Assembly: GCF_009914755.1 (NCBI RefSeq)
Contig: NC_060935.1
DNA from: the human T2T-CHM13v2.0 reference genome, Homo sapiens
DNA length: 64,000 nucleotides
Reading direction: 5' to 3' (one strand)
The notes under the pieces were generated by a model, which was given only the letters and a program-made list of their open reading frames with translations, was not told the origin of the DNA and ran no database searches. Both the position numbers and the translations under genes were made by a program. Positions within the stretch are counted from its first letter, which is position 1, and the number at the start of each line of letters is the position of its first letter. Below are positions 11,360 to 24,821 of this stretch, in pieces.

Positions 11360-13818
11360 CTGGGTTGGGGGGGAGGTGGGCACAAGGATACAAAGCCTGA
11401 ACACAATGCACATCGCACGCATTCCTCCCCAAAACAAGAGACCCCCACCAGATGAAAAGTATTTGTATGTCAGCCTCTGGGTATGTTTAAATATCCCGTG
11501 GCCACCTATTCTGGAGGAAATAAGATGGCAGACACCATATGGACCCACAAGATTCCAGATGCCAGCTTTACACACATTCAAGCTGACAAGCCAGATCTTA
11601 GGCTCTGGACTCTGAAAGATCTGGTTTCACTGGCTTTGCCCTTTACTAGTTTGGACAGGTCAAAATTGTCCAAGCCTTAGTTTCCTAGTTCGTAAAATAG
11701 GAAAATATACCTACCTCATAAGGTGATGAAGAGGATCAAAGAGTTATCAATATAAAGCATTTAGCCTCAGATCTGGCAAATTTTAAGTGTTCAGTTATAA
11801 CCATAAGCTACAATTACATATTGTTTTTATAAAAGATTCACCCAAGAGGCACAACAGAAGAACAAATAGGTTGAGAAAGTAATTAGGTCCAAAAAGAATT
11901 AGGTTCCACAAAAAACGGAGGATAACACTAAACCTGCTCAGAAAGAAAGCTAGAAGATGGTGTTGCAAAGACAAAGTAACTATGTGAGCCAATTTAAAGT
12001 TAGGGAAAAAAATATTTGGAGGACCAGAGAAGACATCAGTTTTGTCTTTCAGAAGCTGGGAACCAAGACGGTGGAACAGAATATGTAGTAAAAGGATAGC
12101 TTAGTGCAGGGGCAGAGAAACTGACTGAGGACAGACTCTTTGGTGGGAGAGAAGGAAGGGAAAGGATCAGCATTATCCACTGGGAAAACTGACCTCAGCT
12201 AAGCCAGATCACCAGCAGTAGGCCTCTATAACCATCACAGTCCTTCTGATTAGGGATTTTTTTGGGGAAAGGGAGTATATATCTAAGAACTGTACTATGC
12301 ATTGAGACAGGAGAATGATGGAGGGCAGGAGGGAGTGAATCCTGAAAAAGATGCTAAAACATTTTTCACTCCAGGTGCACATGTCTAGCATTAGCTTCAA
12401 AACAACTCTAGCTTAACAGAGTCCTAAGACGCCCCATAATTTTGTCCTGTTCCTTTCATTTCCTGGAAGTTTCTTGGAAAAAAAAAATTGAAAAGCTCAG
12501 ATAAGTTTACCAAAGGAAAAAAAGACAAAAGCTTCAATTAATACTTCAAGACTGTGGTAAAACCTGCACGCTATCACCTAGTGGTACTGAGCTGAAAGGA
12601 ACAGAGCAGAGGCTAAATAAATGGAAAGATAGATTTTCTGTAGGAGGCAAGAAGAGGGAATTGGCACAACTCCATGGCAGAAGCCCTGGTGCTGTATGAG
12701 CAGGATGGCCAGCATCTCCCAGGCCCAGTCAGGACATGAACTTATCAAGGCATGACAATCTGACTATGAACAACTGGAAGATCAGTGTTTGCCTTAGTCA
12801 ACTTAAATCTGCTATGTACCCAGAGATCCTAGTGAAAAGCTACCACTTGCTGAGTTCTCACAATGTGCCATAATTGTAGTAAATGATTTATATGCATCTA
12901 TGGCAGAGATGGGAGGCTAATGTAAGGTATGCCTAATCCAAGGCCTGTGATCTTAGCCTTAGCTACTACTTCTCAGAGGTGGGTTTGTTTTTTGTTTGGT
13001 TGGTTTTTTTGTTTTTTGGTTTTCCTGGCCTGAGGTTTAGAATGGCGGGGTAAGCTGGCTCTCATACAAAAACAAAGAGGAGTTAGTCCAACCACTCAGA
13101 TCGAGTCTAGCTCCAGGGCATCCTTGAGAGTCCAAATGAACTCAGTCAGGGAGCTCAGGGCCACGCTTTGTCATTTGCCTTCAAAGAAATTGCACTCTAT
13201 CTGCTTAAGACAGTCTTAGTGCTAGCAGACAGTCACAGCAACCAAGAAGGTACAAGGAAAGCGAACAGGAAAAACTTGAAATCAAGTCCTTCTTTGAAGA
13301 GGTGGGGAGGAAGGAGCTGAGTAGGGAGAAAAATACCAGAAGGTTAACCTTAGGCCCCAGGAGAGCTGACAGAAAACCCAAGACCCAGACAGATAAACTG
13401 GACGGAATGGCATAGAGAGTGTTTAGGTGCCTCTCCATACAGGACAGCACATACGTCTTCAATATGGTTCAGAAATATTGCTGTGATTCACCAGGAAACA
13501 TCAAACACAGAATATCCTAATTACAAATCGCAGGAAATGGCCAGACTAGGGAAAGAGGAGGAACATGCACATAGGACATACATACAAGGCTCAGATGTAA
13601 GTCAATACTCAAACCAGCACAAGCATGGAAGACGTACAGACAGACACAGGGACACAAGTATGACATGACACGTATCTGGAAGTGATGCAAGCAGGATGGA
13701 TGAGGGGCTAGGCAAGTACACAGAAATGACATGGCCAAGAGGTCCAAGAAACCAGCACAAACATGTCGAGAACATGCAAAGAGTACACAGAAGGGAAGGC
13801 CTAGGCTAAGTAGCTTAC

Positions 13819-14598
13819 CAGTGAAGGGCTGGCTTGGCAGCTGGTTGAGAGTCCGCAAAGGGCTGCTGAGGAAGGGGCCAGGGGGCTCAGGGGGACAGGT
13901 GAAGCTCTCGTAGGCCTCCTCCTCCTCAAGGGGCAGTGGAGGTTCTAAGGGGGACTCTGAGCCAGTTCCCCCATTGCTCAATGCCACCTCTAGCTCCCGG
14001 AGCTCCTGCCCAAAGCCCTCTAGTCCTGCCATGCCCTCGGAGATGCCCTCTAGCAGTTCCCCAGCTCCCTCCTTTGGCACCAGACGAACCTTCTTGGCCC
14101 CCTCAGGCCATGATCCTGGCACTCCATTGAGCTGGGGAGGGGGCAGGTGACCAGGGCCCTCCCCTGCACCCCCAGCCCGCCCCCTCCTCCCCAGCTCTTC
14201 CTCCTCCCCTTCCCCCACGTTGTTCCTGTCCTCCTCAGGCAGTAGGCTGCGTTTCTTAGTCCGGGAGCCAAAAGGACTGGGCTCAGGAGAGGGCCGCTCG
14301 CCATCATAGGGGGCAGACCAGGTACGGCAGGCTCGGACACAGCGGTCCACACCACGACGTGCCTCACGCAGATACTCCAGGTAATTGTCTTCCAGCTCTC
14401 CAGGCTCCTCTGCAGGGGTAGGCCGTCGGCCAGGGCTGGAGGCGGGGGATGCAGAAAGCCCTGGTGAGCAAGGGGCTGGGCCTGGAGACTCAGAGCCACC
14501 CAGGCTCTGCTGCCGCAGGAAGAGAGCCAGACGAGATGGTGTGGAGGGCCGGGGTACTGTCATCACAGAAGAGGAGTCCACACTTGGGCTTCCAGGAC
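13819..14598 (-). CDS. FHIP1B: FHIP1B large coding exon (GPGSPSVDSS...PSQPFT)
   Basis: tttgcag| acceptor, ACTG|gtaagc donor, 780 nt inside ORF 13517..14629; contains YLEYLREAR motif. Confidence 0.95.
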
Positions 14599-15047
14599 CT
14601 GCAAAGGGAAAAAATATAAGAGAAATCAAGGAGACAGAGGTTCAGAAGGAGAGATAAGACACCTCGGGAGACTAAGAAAGAAGACAATGGGGAGGCAGAA
14701 ACATGGAATCTATTCAGACAGCTAACTCTCCAACCTCCTAATTAACCTTATCCTCATCCACCACCCCCACTCACCACCATCACCACTGAAGACACAATGG
14801 AAACAGGAAGAGTACACGACTAGAGAGAAGAACAAGAATAGCTTTGCCCAGAAGTCCCACTCTAATTTTCTTTGGTGAGTGTTAAGGGTCCTCCCTGCAA
14901 GACACCCTCATCAACCTCCCCAAAGACAGACTATCATTCATGGACACCTTCCTCCCCTTCACCCCAGCCCCTCCTTGCTACGCTCCCCCAGAACCTAGGC
15001 CATACCCGTGATGTCCTCCCTTCTCCCTGTCTCTCTGCTAGGCCCAC

Positions 15048-15211
15048 CTCGTGCCCATGAGGCATGCTCTGGACGAGGTGGGCTGGGGGCGTGGTGCCGA
15101 CAACAGCGTGGGATTAGGGAGAGAAACTTGTCAGCTGCTCGTCCATATAGGTCCACATCACGAACAGCCGGCTTCTGGCTCAGCATAACGTGGTTACATG
15201 GAACAAGATAC
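15048..15211 (-). CDS. FHIP1B: FHIP1B coding exon (YLVPCNHVMLSQK...SWARG); alternative donor extends it to 15006
   Basis: ttctcag| acceptor; donors CGAG|gtgggc (15048) and ACGG|gtatgg (15006), 42 nt apart. Confidence 0.93.
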
Positions 15212-15418
15212 CTGAGAAAGACATCAGAAAGGGGACACAGGGTAGATCAGGAAGGAAGGACAGGGCCTAGAGGAACATCAGGCCAATGAAACTGCATGGT
15301 TAAGCCAGGCTCCAAGTGGAAACTCATGAGTAACCCCTATATAGCCCATTGCCCCAGCAATGCATAAGACTCTGAGGCTTCAGGGTCAGCCATCCCTCAG
15401 CCCTGCCCCAACAGATAC

Positions 15419-15498
15419 CTGAGAACCAGCTGCAGCAGGACATCCTCACAGCTGAGGTTCAGGAGGGTCCTGAAGAGACTCAGAGAGACCATGCAGAG
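15419..15498 (-). CDS. FHIP1B: FHIP1B coding exon (LCMVSLSLFRTLLNLSCEDVLLQLVLR)
   Basis: cccccag| acceptor, CAG|gtatct donor, 80 nt, phases match neighbours. Confidence 0.93.
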
Positions 15499-16463
15499 CT
15501 GGGGGGGTGGAGGGGAGGGAGGGAGTCACCATAAGAGCTCTCTGCCCTCCAAGCCATTCACCAAACGGGAACCCCACCAGCCCCAAGTTGGCCCAACCAA
15601 CCACTCCTAGAGGAACTCCTAGAGGACCATGTACCATGCCTGGCACATAAGTCATTCAAGTATTAGCTAGATGATCACACGATCTTTGCGAGCAAGACTT
15701 TGCTATTCATACAAATGAAGCATCTCAGACCCAATGGACTTCTATAGACTCTCTAGCTATATATACCTGGTCAGCAGAGACTCCAGCAACACTTGAACGA
15801 AAATCCATGAGAAGAGACTAAGAAATACTGTGATTGAGTGAATGACTAACAGGAGACAACAGAAACATGGTAATTAAGTGAATGCCTGCCAGAAGGGACT
15901 GTAGCAATACAGTAACTGAATGCCTACCAATAAGAAACTAGAGGGAACCGGGAAGATTCCCAACTGGGAAGTAGGTGGGGCTGCAAACATGAAGTCTGAG
16001 TCACCTCTCTAACACTAGTGTATCTCTCAGAAGGCAGGATAAAGAACAACTCAAGCGCAGCTGACAGGAAAAGGAAAAAGTAGGTGGGTCAAGATTAGAG
16101 GAAATCTTTTATTTTAGAAAAGGAAGAAGGTTGGTTCATCTCTGACTAGGTAAAGAAAACACATATGTAACCTTTCCCTCACTTCTCTGAATCTTCCTAG
16201 CACTTTCTCTATACTTCCCTTACAGCAAGTGTGTCAGACACCTTGAGCTCCCTGAAGACAACGAATGGGTCTTGGTCTAGGGCACTACCTGAACAGTTTA
16301 GGCATTCATTATTTGCTACATGACCACGGGAGAATTAAAAGTCAACCACACAGCAAGAAAAACACGTGACAGCAGTTCACATTTTGAATAGCATGGATGT
16401 TCAGGAGGCTATCCTAAATGACCACTTTAGCTAGCAATGAAAAAATTCAGACTCACTGAAAAG

Positions 16464-16944
16464 TAGTAAGTGGGTAGAAAAGTGGTCCCTCAAAGATGCT
16501 CACATCCTAATCTCCAGACCCTAAAAATATTTCACCTCACGTGGCAGAGACGACTTCGCAGATGTGATTATCCTAGATGAGATTATCCTAGATATCCACA
16601 GATAATAGAGATCCATAGATATCTATTATCTATAGATGAAGGGGGGCCATGAGCCAAGGAATCTGGTTGCTCTACAGGCTGAGAATGTTCTTCAGTTGTC
16701 AACCAGCAAGAAAACAGAGATCTCAATGCCACAACTGCTAGAAAATTAATTCTGCCAATAGAAATAAGGAAATGGATCCTGTCCTACGGCCTCCTGAAAG
16801 GAACACAGACCCCACCCCCCAAAATTTTGATTTTAGCCTGGCGAGATCCAGGTCATACATATGACCTACAAAACTGTAAGACAATAAATCTGTTTTAAGC
16901 ATTAGGTTTGATAATCTGTTATGACAGCAATACGGAATTAACAC
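16464..16944 (+). mobile_element. MLT1-family (ERVL-MaLR) solo LTR
   Basis: 'ccctcaaagatgctcacatcctaatctccaga...gcagatgtgatt...aactgtaagacaataaatctgttttaagc...gcaatacggaattaacaca'. Confidence 0.75.
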
Positions 16945-18889
16945 AGGCTGGTTAGCCAAAATTAGTCACTTCAAGGCACACAAGACAGGCTATATACGTT
17001 ACAAAGTCAAGCCAAAGAATCAAGCTTGAAAGGACCACAGTGGAGAGGAAAGCATCTACATGTTTAACACGGGCATCCTGAAATTAGAAGAGATCTGTTC
17101 CTCCAAGAACCAGGAACCAAGAAGAAACATCCCAAGAACATGTAAGGCTCCTAAGACCAGGGGACCAAATGGGAGACTAATAGAAACAACTACTAAAAAA
17201 ATGAAAGATAGTGAGTAAGAATCAAAGTTAGGATAAGACAAAAGGAAGAAACAACAGATAAAACCTCAAAAAGAAAATCAACTGTCTCTAAACATGAACA
17301 GGACAATATGAGGCCAATCATGGCCTAATTTCAGCATAATGAGGGAAAAAAAATACTTTTGGTATCTTTGTAAAATTAAAGCTTTAATACCTATTCCCTA
17401 TTGGTTCCAATAAATCTTAACCCAAGGCATCTATCATGATTACTTTTTGGAAAATTTTAAAAATACACATGTCCTGAGCCTACTCCCAAAGATTCAAGAA
17501 ATCTGAGGTAGAGCTCAGAATCTGTTGTAGTTGTTAGTTGTCATCTTCAAAGATTCACAGACGTTTCTAAAGTATACACTTGGTTTAGAAACACTGGTTT
17601 AATCAGTCAGTCTGGAATATTTCTTATACACCCTAACTTAGCTTCAGAAACTGCACCTATACAAAACACAGCTATCCAGGAAACTGACCTGGAACTCTAC
17701 TATCTAGTATCTCATTATCTAGAAGTTTTCCAGAGCTCTTAGTGATGAAAGAACTTCTATTTTAAACACATGGATCCAGGAAACTTTAACTTATAATAAA
17801 AAAAGGAAGCAAAAATGGTCCCAGAGGCAAAATAAATGCCATGAAGTCCATGGCAAAATTAATGCTTTATTCTCCTAGAGGGGCTTAAGTCTTTATAACT
17901 TGGAAACCACCCACTCCCATGTTATATATATTTCTATTTGTTAATATCCAAACTTCTTGCCATGGTCTTCCAGGTCATGCATGATCTGAATTTTACCCCT
18001 CTATTTTTATCTCATTCCCTTCTTCCCCTTGCTCACTACACCTCTAGTCTTTCATTTCCTCAAACATGTTAAGCTCTTCCCCCATTTGATGTCCTTTGCA
18101 TGCTGTTCCCCTTGCTTTCCTGTTCTTCTACTTGATCAATAAGTTAACTCCTTTATAATCTCTATGTCTCAGTTCAATGTCATCTCTTCAGAGAGGTCTT
18201 CCTTGGCCACCCTATTATTTCTAAGCACTCTAGTTTTTTCATAACCCTGACCACAACTTATTAATGTGTTTGCTTGTCTGTCTTCTCTACAAAGTAAGCT
18301 CCATGAAGTCAGCAACAATGTCTACCTTATTTATCACTGTATCCCCAGCACCAGCAAACAGTATGGCACACAGTGAACATTCAGTAAAAATGTTTAGGAG
18401 GAAGGACCGAAAGTAGATAGGTGGGTGGATGAGTGCTCCAAGCTATAGTTCAAAAGCAGCAAATCCAAAGGAGAAAGAAGGCAAGCATATCAGTAGCACC
18501 TGGATCACCTACCAAAGCAGACACACAACCTAAAGTGCTCTCAAGTCACCCAAAGCAGGCCACAGAGTGATAAACAGTTTAAGAGAACTCAGGCCAATAC
18601 TACATTACGAACACTGCACAGTAGCAAAACCTATAGTCATGATGAACAGCCAAAGTCATCCAGAAAAGGTGACTGTGTTCTAGATTCATCTATCATAAAA
18701 GCAGGGGAGTAGATTAAAATCTGTACCCAAAATGGTTAAAAGTTTAATGCTGGAAAGTTAATGCCACTTAATTTTGAGGTGACTGCTGGAGATACAGGCA
18801 AAAGAAGGGCAGGAATACCCTCCCAGAACAAAGGTCAGAGAAAGAAGATGGGTCATCCAGGTAAGCTAGGACAGGGGTAAGGGCCATAC

Positions 18890-19057
18890 CCGGGAGTTAC
18901 TGCCAATACGAGCAACGAGGGTGTCGAGGATGGTGTGGGTGTCATGCCGGTGCAACAACAGGAATCGCAGGAAGGTACGGAGCAAAGCAGGCTCTGAGAT
19001 ACTCCGTAGGAAAAGTTCCAGGTAGGCGGTACTGGCGATCATCTCCTCCACAGAGGT
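18890..19057 (-). CDS. FHIP1B: FHIP1B coding exon (TSVEEMIASTAYLEL...GSNSR)
   Basis: tgtccag| acceptor, CGG|gtatgg donor, 168 nt. Confidence 0.95.
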
Positions 19058-19258
19058 CTGGACAAAAAGAAGGGAAAGTCTGGAAATGCACAGCTTCCCT
19101 GCACATACAGGGCCATTTTCCCTGGATTCTAAGAGAAATCAGGAGCAGACAGGGCAAAAGGGAGGAGTACTCTACCCACCACCTCCTACGTTAGTCCTGG
19201 CACTGAGGTTACCACTGCAGCTTAGCCCCTTATATGCCTTGCCACCCATGACTCTCAC

Positions 19259-19345
19259 CTTGTGCAAGGCAGGACCCATGACAGGCACCAGGAACCCATT
19301 ATGGATATAATCAACCAACTGCTTCTGCACCAGGGGGTGAGCCAC
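19259..19345 (-). CDS. FHIP1B: FHIP1B coding exon (VAHPLVQKQLVDYIHNGFLVPVMGPALHK)
   Basis: ctacag| acceptor, AAG|gtgaga donor, 87 nt. Confidence 0.95.
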
Positions 19346-19527
19346 CTGTAGGAGTGCCAGAGAGAAGGGGGAGGGTTATGAGGAGACCACTGCCTGGAAG
19401 GGAGTAGAATAGTACACTACAGAGAGGCATCCTACTTCCAAGATGGAAAAATGACAGAACTCCAGGGAATATACCCCCTCCTACCTAATCTCCCAAAAAT
19501 GACCAAGGGCCAGACTTTCAGTCCTAC

Positions 19528-19686
19528 CTGAATTACTGCATTGCAGAACTCCAGGGAACTCATGAAGAGTGCAAGGGCTGGCACTCCCAGCCAGTCTTCC
19601 CGTCGCAGACAGTGCCAATCATCCCCTGGAACCTCAATCTTTCGAGGCAGTGATGAGTACAGGGCACTGAGCCCTGTGGCCAGCAC
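19528..19686 (-). CDS. FHIP1B: FHIP1B coding exon (VLATGLSALYSSLPRK...FCNAVIQ)
   Basis: ctcatag| acceptor, CAG|gtagga donor, 159 nt; FAM160/RAI16-like motif. Confidence 0.95.
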
Positions 19687-20057
19687 CTATGAGAAGTTAC
19701 CAAAAGCTCATATATAAAATACATTTATAAAATATAAAAACTGGAACAGGGGAGCTAGTAATCCAGAGTTTTGATGGGAATAGGGGTATAAGCTATTACC
19801 AAAGCAAGCATTTGCCTACCCAATGTGCCTGAAACTCACCTAGAATTCACAGGCCTACAAAGAGACTTAGTATCTGCCCTATCCATCTAAGCCCATGATT
19901 CATCCCCACTACAACTCCAGGGGGCTGCTTTCAAATCCAGGAACTGTTTCCTAGGGGAACGGGCCCTGGAACATAGCCTCTCCCCATCTCCTGGATAGGA
20001 AGGTGCTGTTCAGTATCTACACACCACACCCTACCCTCCAAGCCAGGGGGTGCTAAC

Positions 20058-20696
20058 CGGGCAGAAGTAAGAGTGATCCGCGATGTAGCGGCCCACAGTG
20101 GGGCTCCCAGCTGACAAAGCCATGAGAAGAAGTAGGGCATCACGGGCCTGCTGGCCCAGGGTGCCCTCTCGATGCACAAAAGGGACAAGGCGAGAAAAGA
20201 GAAGAAGACGGGGAGCGGCTCCAGGCTCAGGAGGTGGCTGCAGGAAGAACTCGAGCAATGAAGGCTCCTGGGCCACACAAACACACAGCTGGCTGAGAAG
20301 TAGCACCAAGCCTTCATCCAGTGCTGGGCTACTGGGCACAGGGCGGCCACAGGCATCCAGCAGGGTGAGCAGAGCCTCACGAACTGGACCATGCCGCAAC
20401 AGTGGCTGGCGAGCTTCGCTCACTAGCATTTCAAATAGTTTCAGTTGCTCAGCCCGCCGTTCCTCGACCCCATCCCCAAGCTCATCCCATTGCAGCTGCC
20501 ATGTCAACACACGGGTCAGCAGATCCTCGTGCAGAGCAAACTCCAGCAGGGGCCCAGGGCCTGTGGGGGCCGAGGGAACTGCACGGTCCTCTGCCAGCAG
20601 TGTCAACATCTGGTAAGTGTGGTTGCGCACAGCACTGAGATCGTCTGCACCCCCAGGAGCTGCCCGAGGGCCTTGCCGCTCCAGGATTCGCACCAC
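20058..20696 (-). CDS. FHIP1B: FHIP1B coding exon (VVRILERQG...HSYFCP)
   Basis: ccctag| acceptor, CCG|gttagc donor, 639 nt. Confidence 0.95.
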
Positions 20697-20826
20697 CTAG
20701 GGAAAAAGGACAGAAGATGGAAGGAATCTAAATTGATAAGGTTACTAAATGGGATGAGGAGAATATAGAAGGCTGGGAGAACTCAGGTGATCAGCAGACA
20801 AGGCCCTTTGCCATACAGTCTCCTAC

Positions 20827-20964
20827 CTGGGACCAGTGATTCTTGAAGACCATGAGGCAGGTCTCGGGATCAGCCATGACTGGGGTTTGGAGATTGGCCC
20901 CTTGAGGTATACGGTGCCCAGGGCCCCGGGAGGCCAGTCTGCTCAGCCAATTCATCCTCTCCAT
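20827..20964 (-). CDS. FHIP1B: FHIP1B first coding exon (MERMNWLSRL...DPETCLMVFKNHWSQ); FTS/Hook-interacting protein of the FHF complex
   Basis: ATG at 20964, CAG|gtagga donor; summed CDS 2919 nt = 972 aa; 5'UTR part of this exon extends to ~21149-21155. Confidence 0.93.
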
Positions 20965-23900
20965 GAGGCAGGCTGGGCAGGACTGGCAGCCAGAGGCCTA
21001 CACTCTGAGGATTTGCCAGCTGGAGGTTTTCTCCACTTGTGTCTCCAGTCTGCTTCATCCGGTCTGTAGGAGCCAGTAGCTGCCCATGGAGCCAGAGGTT
21101 ATACCAGGCTGGAATGGCAAGCCCAGAGGTCACTGGCCAGTCCAGATTTCTAAATCTAATTCAGAGAAGAGATAATGGAAGGGATAAATAGAAGCTCACT
21201 TTCCAGAACTCAGAACCACCACTCCACTGAAAACTCCACACACCTATATATACATACACACATACACATAATCAGCAACTGACATGTCTAAAACAGAACT
21301 CAGATTTCTACCACCAAACCTGTTACTCCTTCAACTTTCTCCATCTCAAAAGAAAATGATACCAAAATTAACCTAAATGCTCAAGCTGAAAATGTGTACA
21401 TTATCCTTGTTTTTTCTTTTCCTTACTTCCAATATCCAGTTCATCAGCAAACTCTATCATCTCTACCTTCAAAATATGTCTCACTATTGCAGTAGCTTCC
21501 AATCTGGTCTCCATGATTCCTTTACTATCCTCCTAAGAGTTATCAAAACAACCAGAGTGATATTTTTAAAACCTAAATTATATGACCTGTCCTCTGCTGA
21601 ATACTCTCCAATAATTTCCTAACACACTGTAATAGTTCAAATTCCTTATCTTGGCCTACAGGAGCCTACATAATCTAATCTGTATAACTTCCTACCATTC
21701 TCCTTCTCACTCACACTTTAGTGACACAGGCCTTCTTGAATACTTTTTGTTCCCTCTGCCTAGACTAGAATGTCCTTCTCCTGCTTTTCACATTGCTGTC
21801 ATTGCTCGTTTTGTTTGTTTGTTTGTTTCAAATCATCTCCCCAGATAGGCCCTGCCTAACAATTCTATCTAAATAGCACATCTTCTCACCTTCACTCTCT
21901 AGCTTCCTAATCCTTTCTTCTTGGCAGTTTTCACTACCTGAAACTATTTATTTATTTGTCTATCTTCCCCACATTAGGTAGCTTCTTTGAGGGCAGGGTT
22001 TGTCTTATTGTGTCTGTTGTATCCCCAGGGCCTAGGGACTCAATAAATATTCGTTGAACGTATTAATGCTGAAGCAAATAAGTGAGTGAATGAATGAATG
22101 AATGAACAATCAATCAAGAAATCCAGCCTTGATCTGACTCTAGCCCTCTGGGACTACTGAAGAAGAAATTTCTGTCTATCACAGGTGCTTCCCTAGAAAC
22201 CTACCCAGTGACCTATGGGAGATGAGCAAATAAGACCCTTAACTGACTGAATACTCTTAAGAGGAAGAATTCAGAGCCAACCAATAAAGAAGAGCTGTTT
22301 CCTTTCCAGTAAGGAAGACAGACACATTCCCATCTCCACTCCTGCCAGACACAACCCAAACTCGCTCCCAAGAAAATGGTAAGACATCCTCACAAGAAAA
22401 AGGAAAAAAGTACCAAGTAGCTATTGGAGAAGGAACCATAGTTCCTTCTCCTTTACAGCCACCACACCCTCATCAGTACTGTCTCTCACAAGCATAAAAC
22501 CTTGAAAGGAAAGGGGTGGTTCAGTTGTCCTTCCTCTTTATACTCAACAAAGGCCGAAGGAATCCAGAGACCTGGCACCAGCCCCACATTTTGCCCTAAG
22601 GTTATATTAACAATATCTCCCTTCACCCAGATACTCTCTCACACAATTTCCAGCTCACAACTAAAGGAAGGTAGCCACTATGTTTAAGCAAAATTTCTAT
22701 AGAACAGGTGAGTCTTATAAAGGGAGGGGCCCAGTCCTAAAGAGCAGGTAGGGCTTACTCATTAACTCAATGTATATCCATATGGATAAAATACTGGGCA
22801 CTGTTCTAAGTAAGCACTGGAAATAACAAAGATGGATAAAAACAGTTGAGGTAGCATAAACATAAATCCAACAAATATTGTAAATAGAAGTATTTATAAA
22901 AAGTGTCATGGGGGCATGAAGGAAAACAACTAACTCTGCCTGGGCTATTAGAGGGTTCCACAGAGTTAATATTGAACTTAGATCTTTAATAATGAGATAC
23001 TAATTAAGCAGAGAGCAGAGGGAAAGGTTTTCTTCATATTAAAAACAGTACGTACAAAACTATGGTACCGTGAAAGAACACGAAAAATTCAAAGAACAGT
23101 TGCAAATTTAGTGTGCCTTAATCACAGACTATTCAGAGAAGAGAGGCACAACATTAGTTGAAGGGTAAATGTGGGTGACGGTTATAAGTATTGCTAAATA
23201 TTATGCTAAGGAGTTTAGCTTTTGTCTACTGACACCCTAGAAACAAAGGAGGTTTTTAAACAAGAAAATGGTAAGATCAGATTGTCCTTCAAAAATACAT
23301 CAGGTAACAGAATAAGATGGAGCAGAGAGAGATGGATTGCAGTGGACAATTTATAAGAAGCTGTTTCAATAGTCCATTTGAAAATAAGAAAGTAATGTCA
23401 TGAACTAAGAGAAATATTAGGAAAGATAAATCTGAGATTCGCCTCTATCTTAATATGTTCCATGCAATACTGAAATTATTTATACCTGTAATACCTCTGC
23501 CAATCAATAGCAAGTTCCTTGACAAAATAAAAATAGCATTCATTTTTCTTTGAAATCCCAGTGCAAACATACAGCCTGAACTCAAATATGCTTTTGAAAT
23601 TGAATGCTGAATTAATAAGTATTACAGCAAACATATATTTACTACATGCCAGGCTCCATTCCAGCACTACACGAAGTAGCTAACTTAAACCTCATAAAAA
23701 CCCATTTAAGTATTATTATCCACATTTTACATAGGAGGAAATCAAGGCCCAGAGAGGTTAAATAAATTGCCCAACATTACCCAGCTAGTGACAGGACTAA
23801 AATGCAAATGCAGAATATCTGCCTCCAGATTTAAATTAACCGCAAAGTAAAAGCAACAAGACCTGGCAAACAAATGGGGGATGAGAGAAGACTCTCATAG

Positions 23901-24437
23901 GAAGTATAGGAGATTCAGTAAAAGATAAAGCCATTAACAGACTAGAAACACATAAGAAGGGGAATTGTGTTTTAGAAAAGAGGTTGAGTACAGTTTTGAA
24001 CATGTTAAGTTTTGAGACATCTACAGGATATTCATGATGTCCAGAAAGCAAGTAGGAATACCATACTTGAGATAATGAATAAAATCAAGACAAAAGATAC
24101 AAATTCAAGAGTTAGCAGCTTATAGACAACTATGAAGCTATGGAAGTAGATGGAATTATCCAAGGAGAACAGCAGATCATGAAAGGAGGTAAGGGTAAAA
24201 TCATGGGGAAAACCAGGACGTAGGAAAGTTAAAAAGGAGGAGTCTTTAAAGAAGACTTTGAAGGGAGCCAGAAATAAAAGGAGAAACCCAAGAAATAACG
24301 ATGATCTAGACATCAAAGAAAGGAAGTTTCAAGAAACTGGAGGTTGCCCATAGTGTATAGTTCTATAGAAAGATCAAGTAGAATGAAGACTAAAAATGGT
24401 GCAATCAAGTTTTTTACAAACTTAGTCAAATTAGTTA

Positions 24438-24821
<384 letters not shown>

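Noticed and set aside
20098-20768. Plus-strand ORFs antisense to FHIP1B exons (also 11160-11615 and 14385-14657)
   Set aside because: Shadow ORFs of GC-rich coding sequence with no independent gene signals
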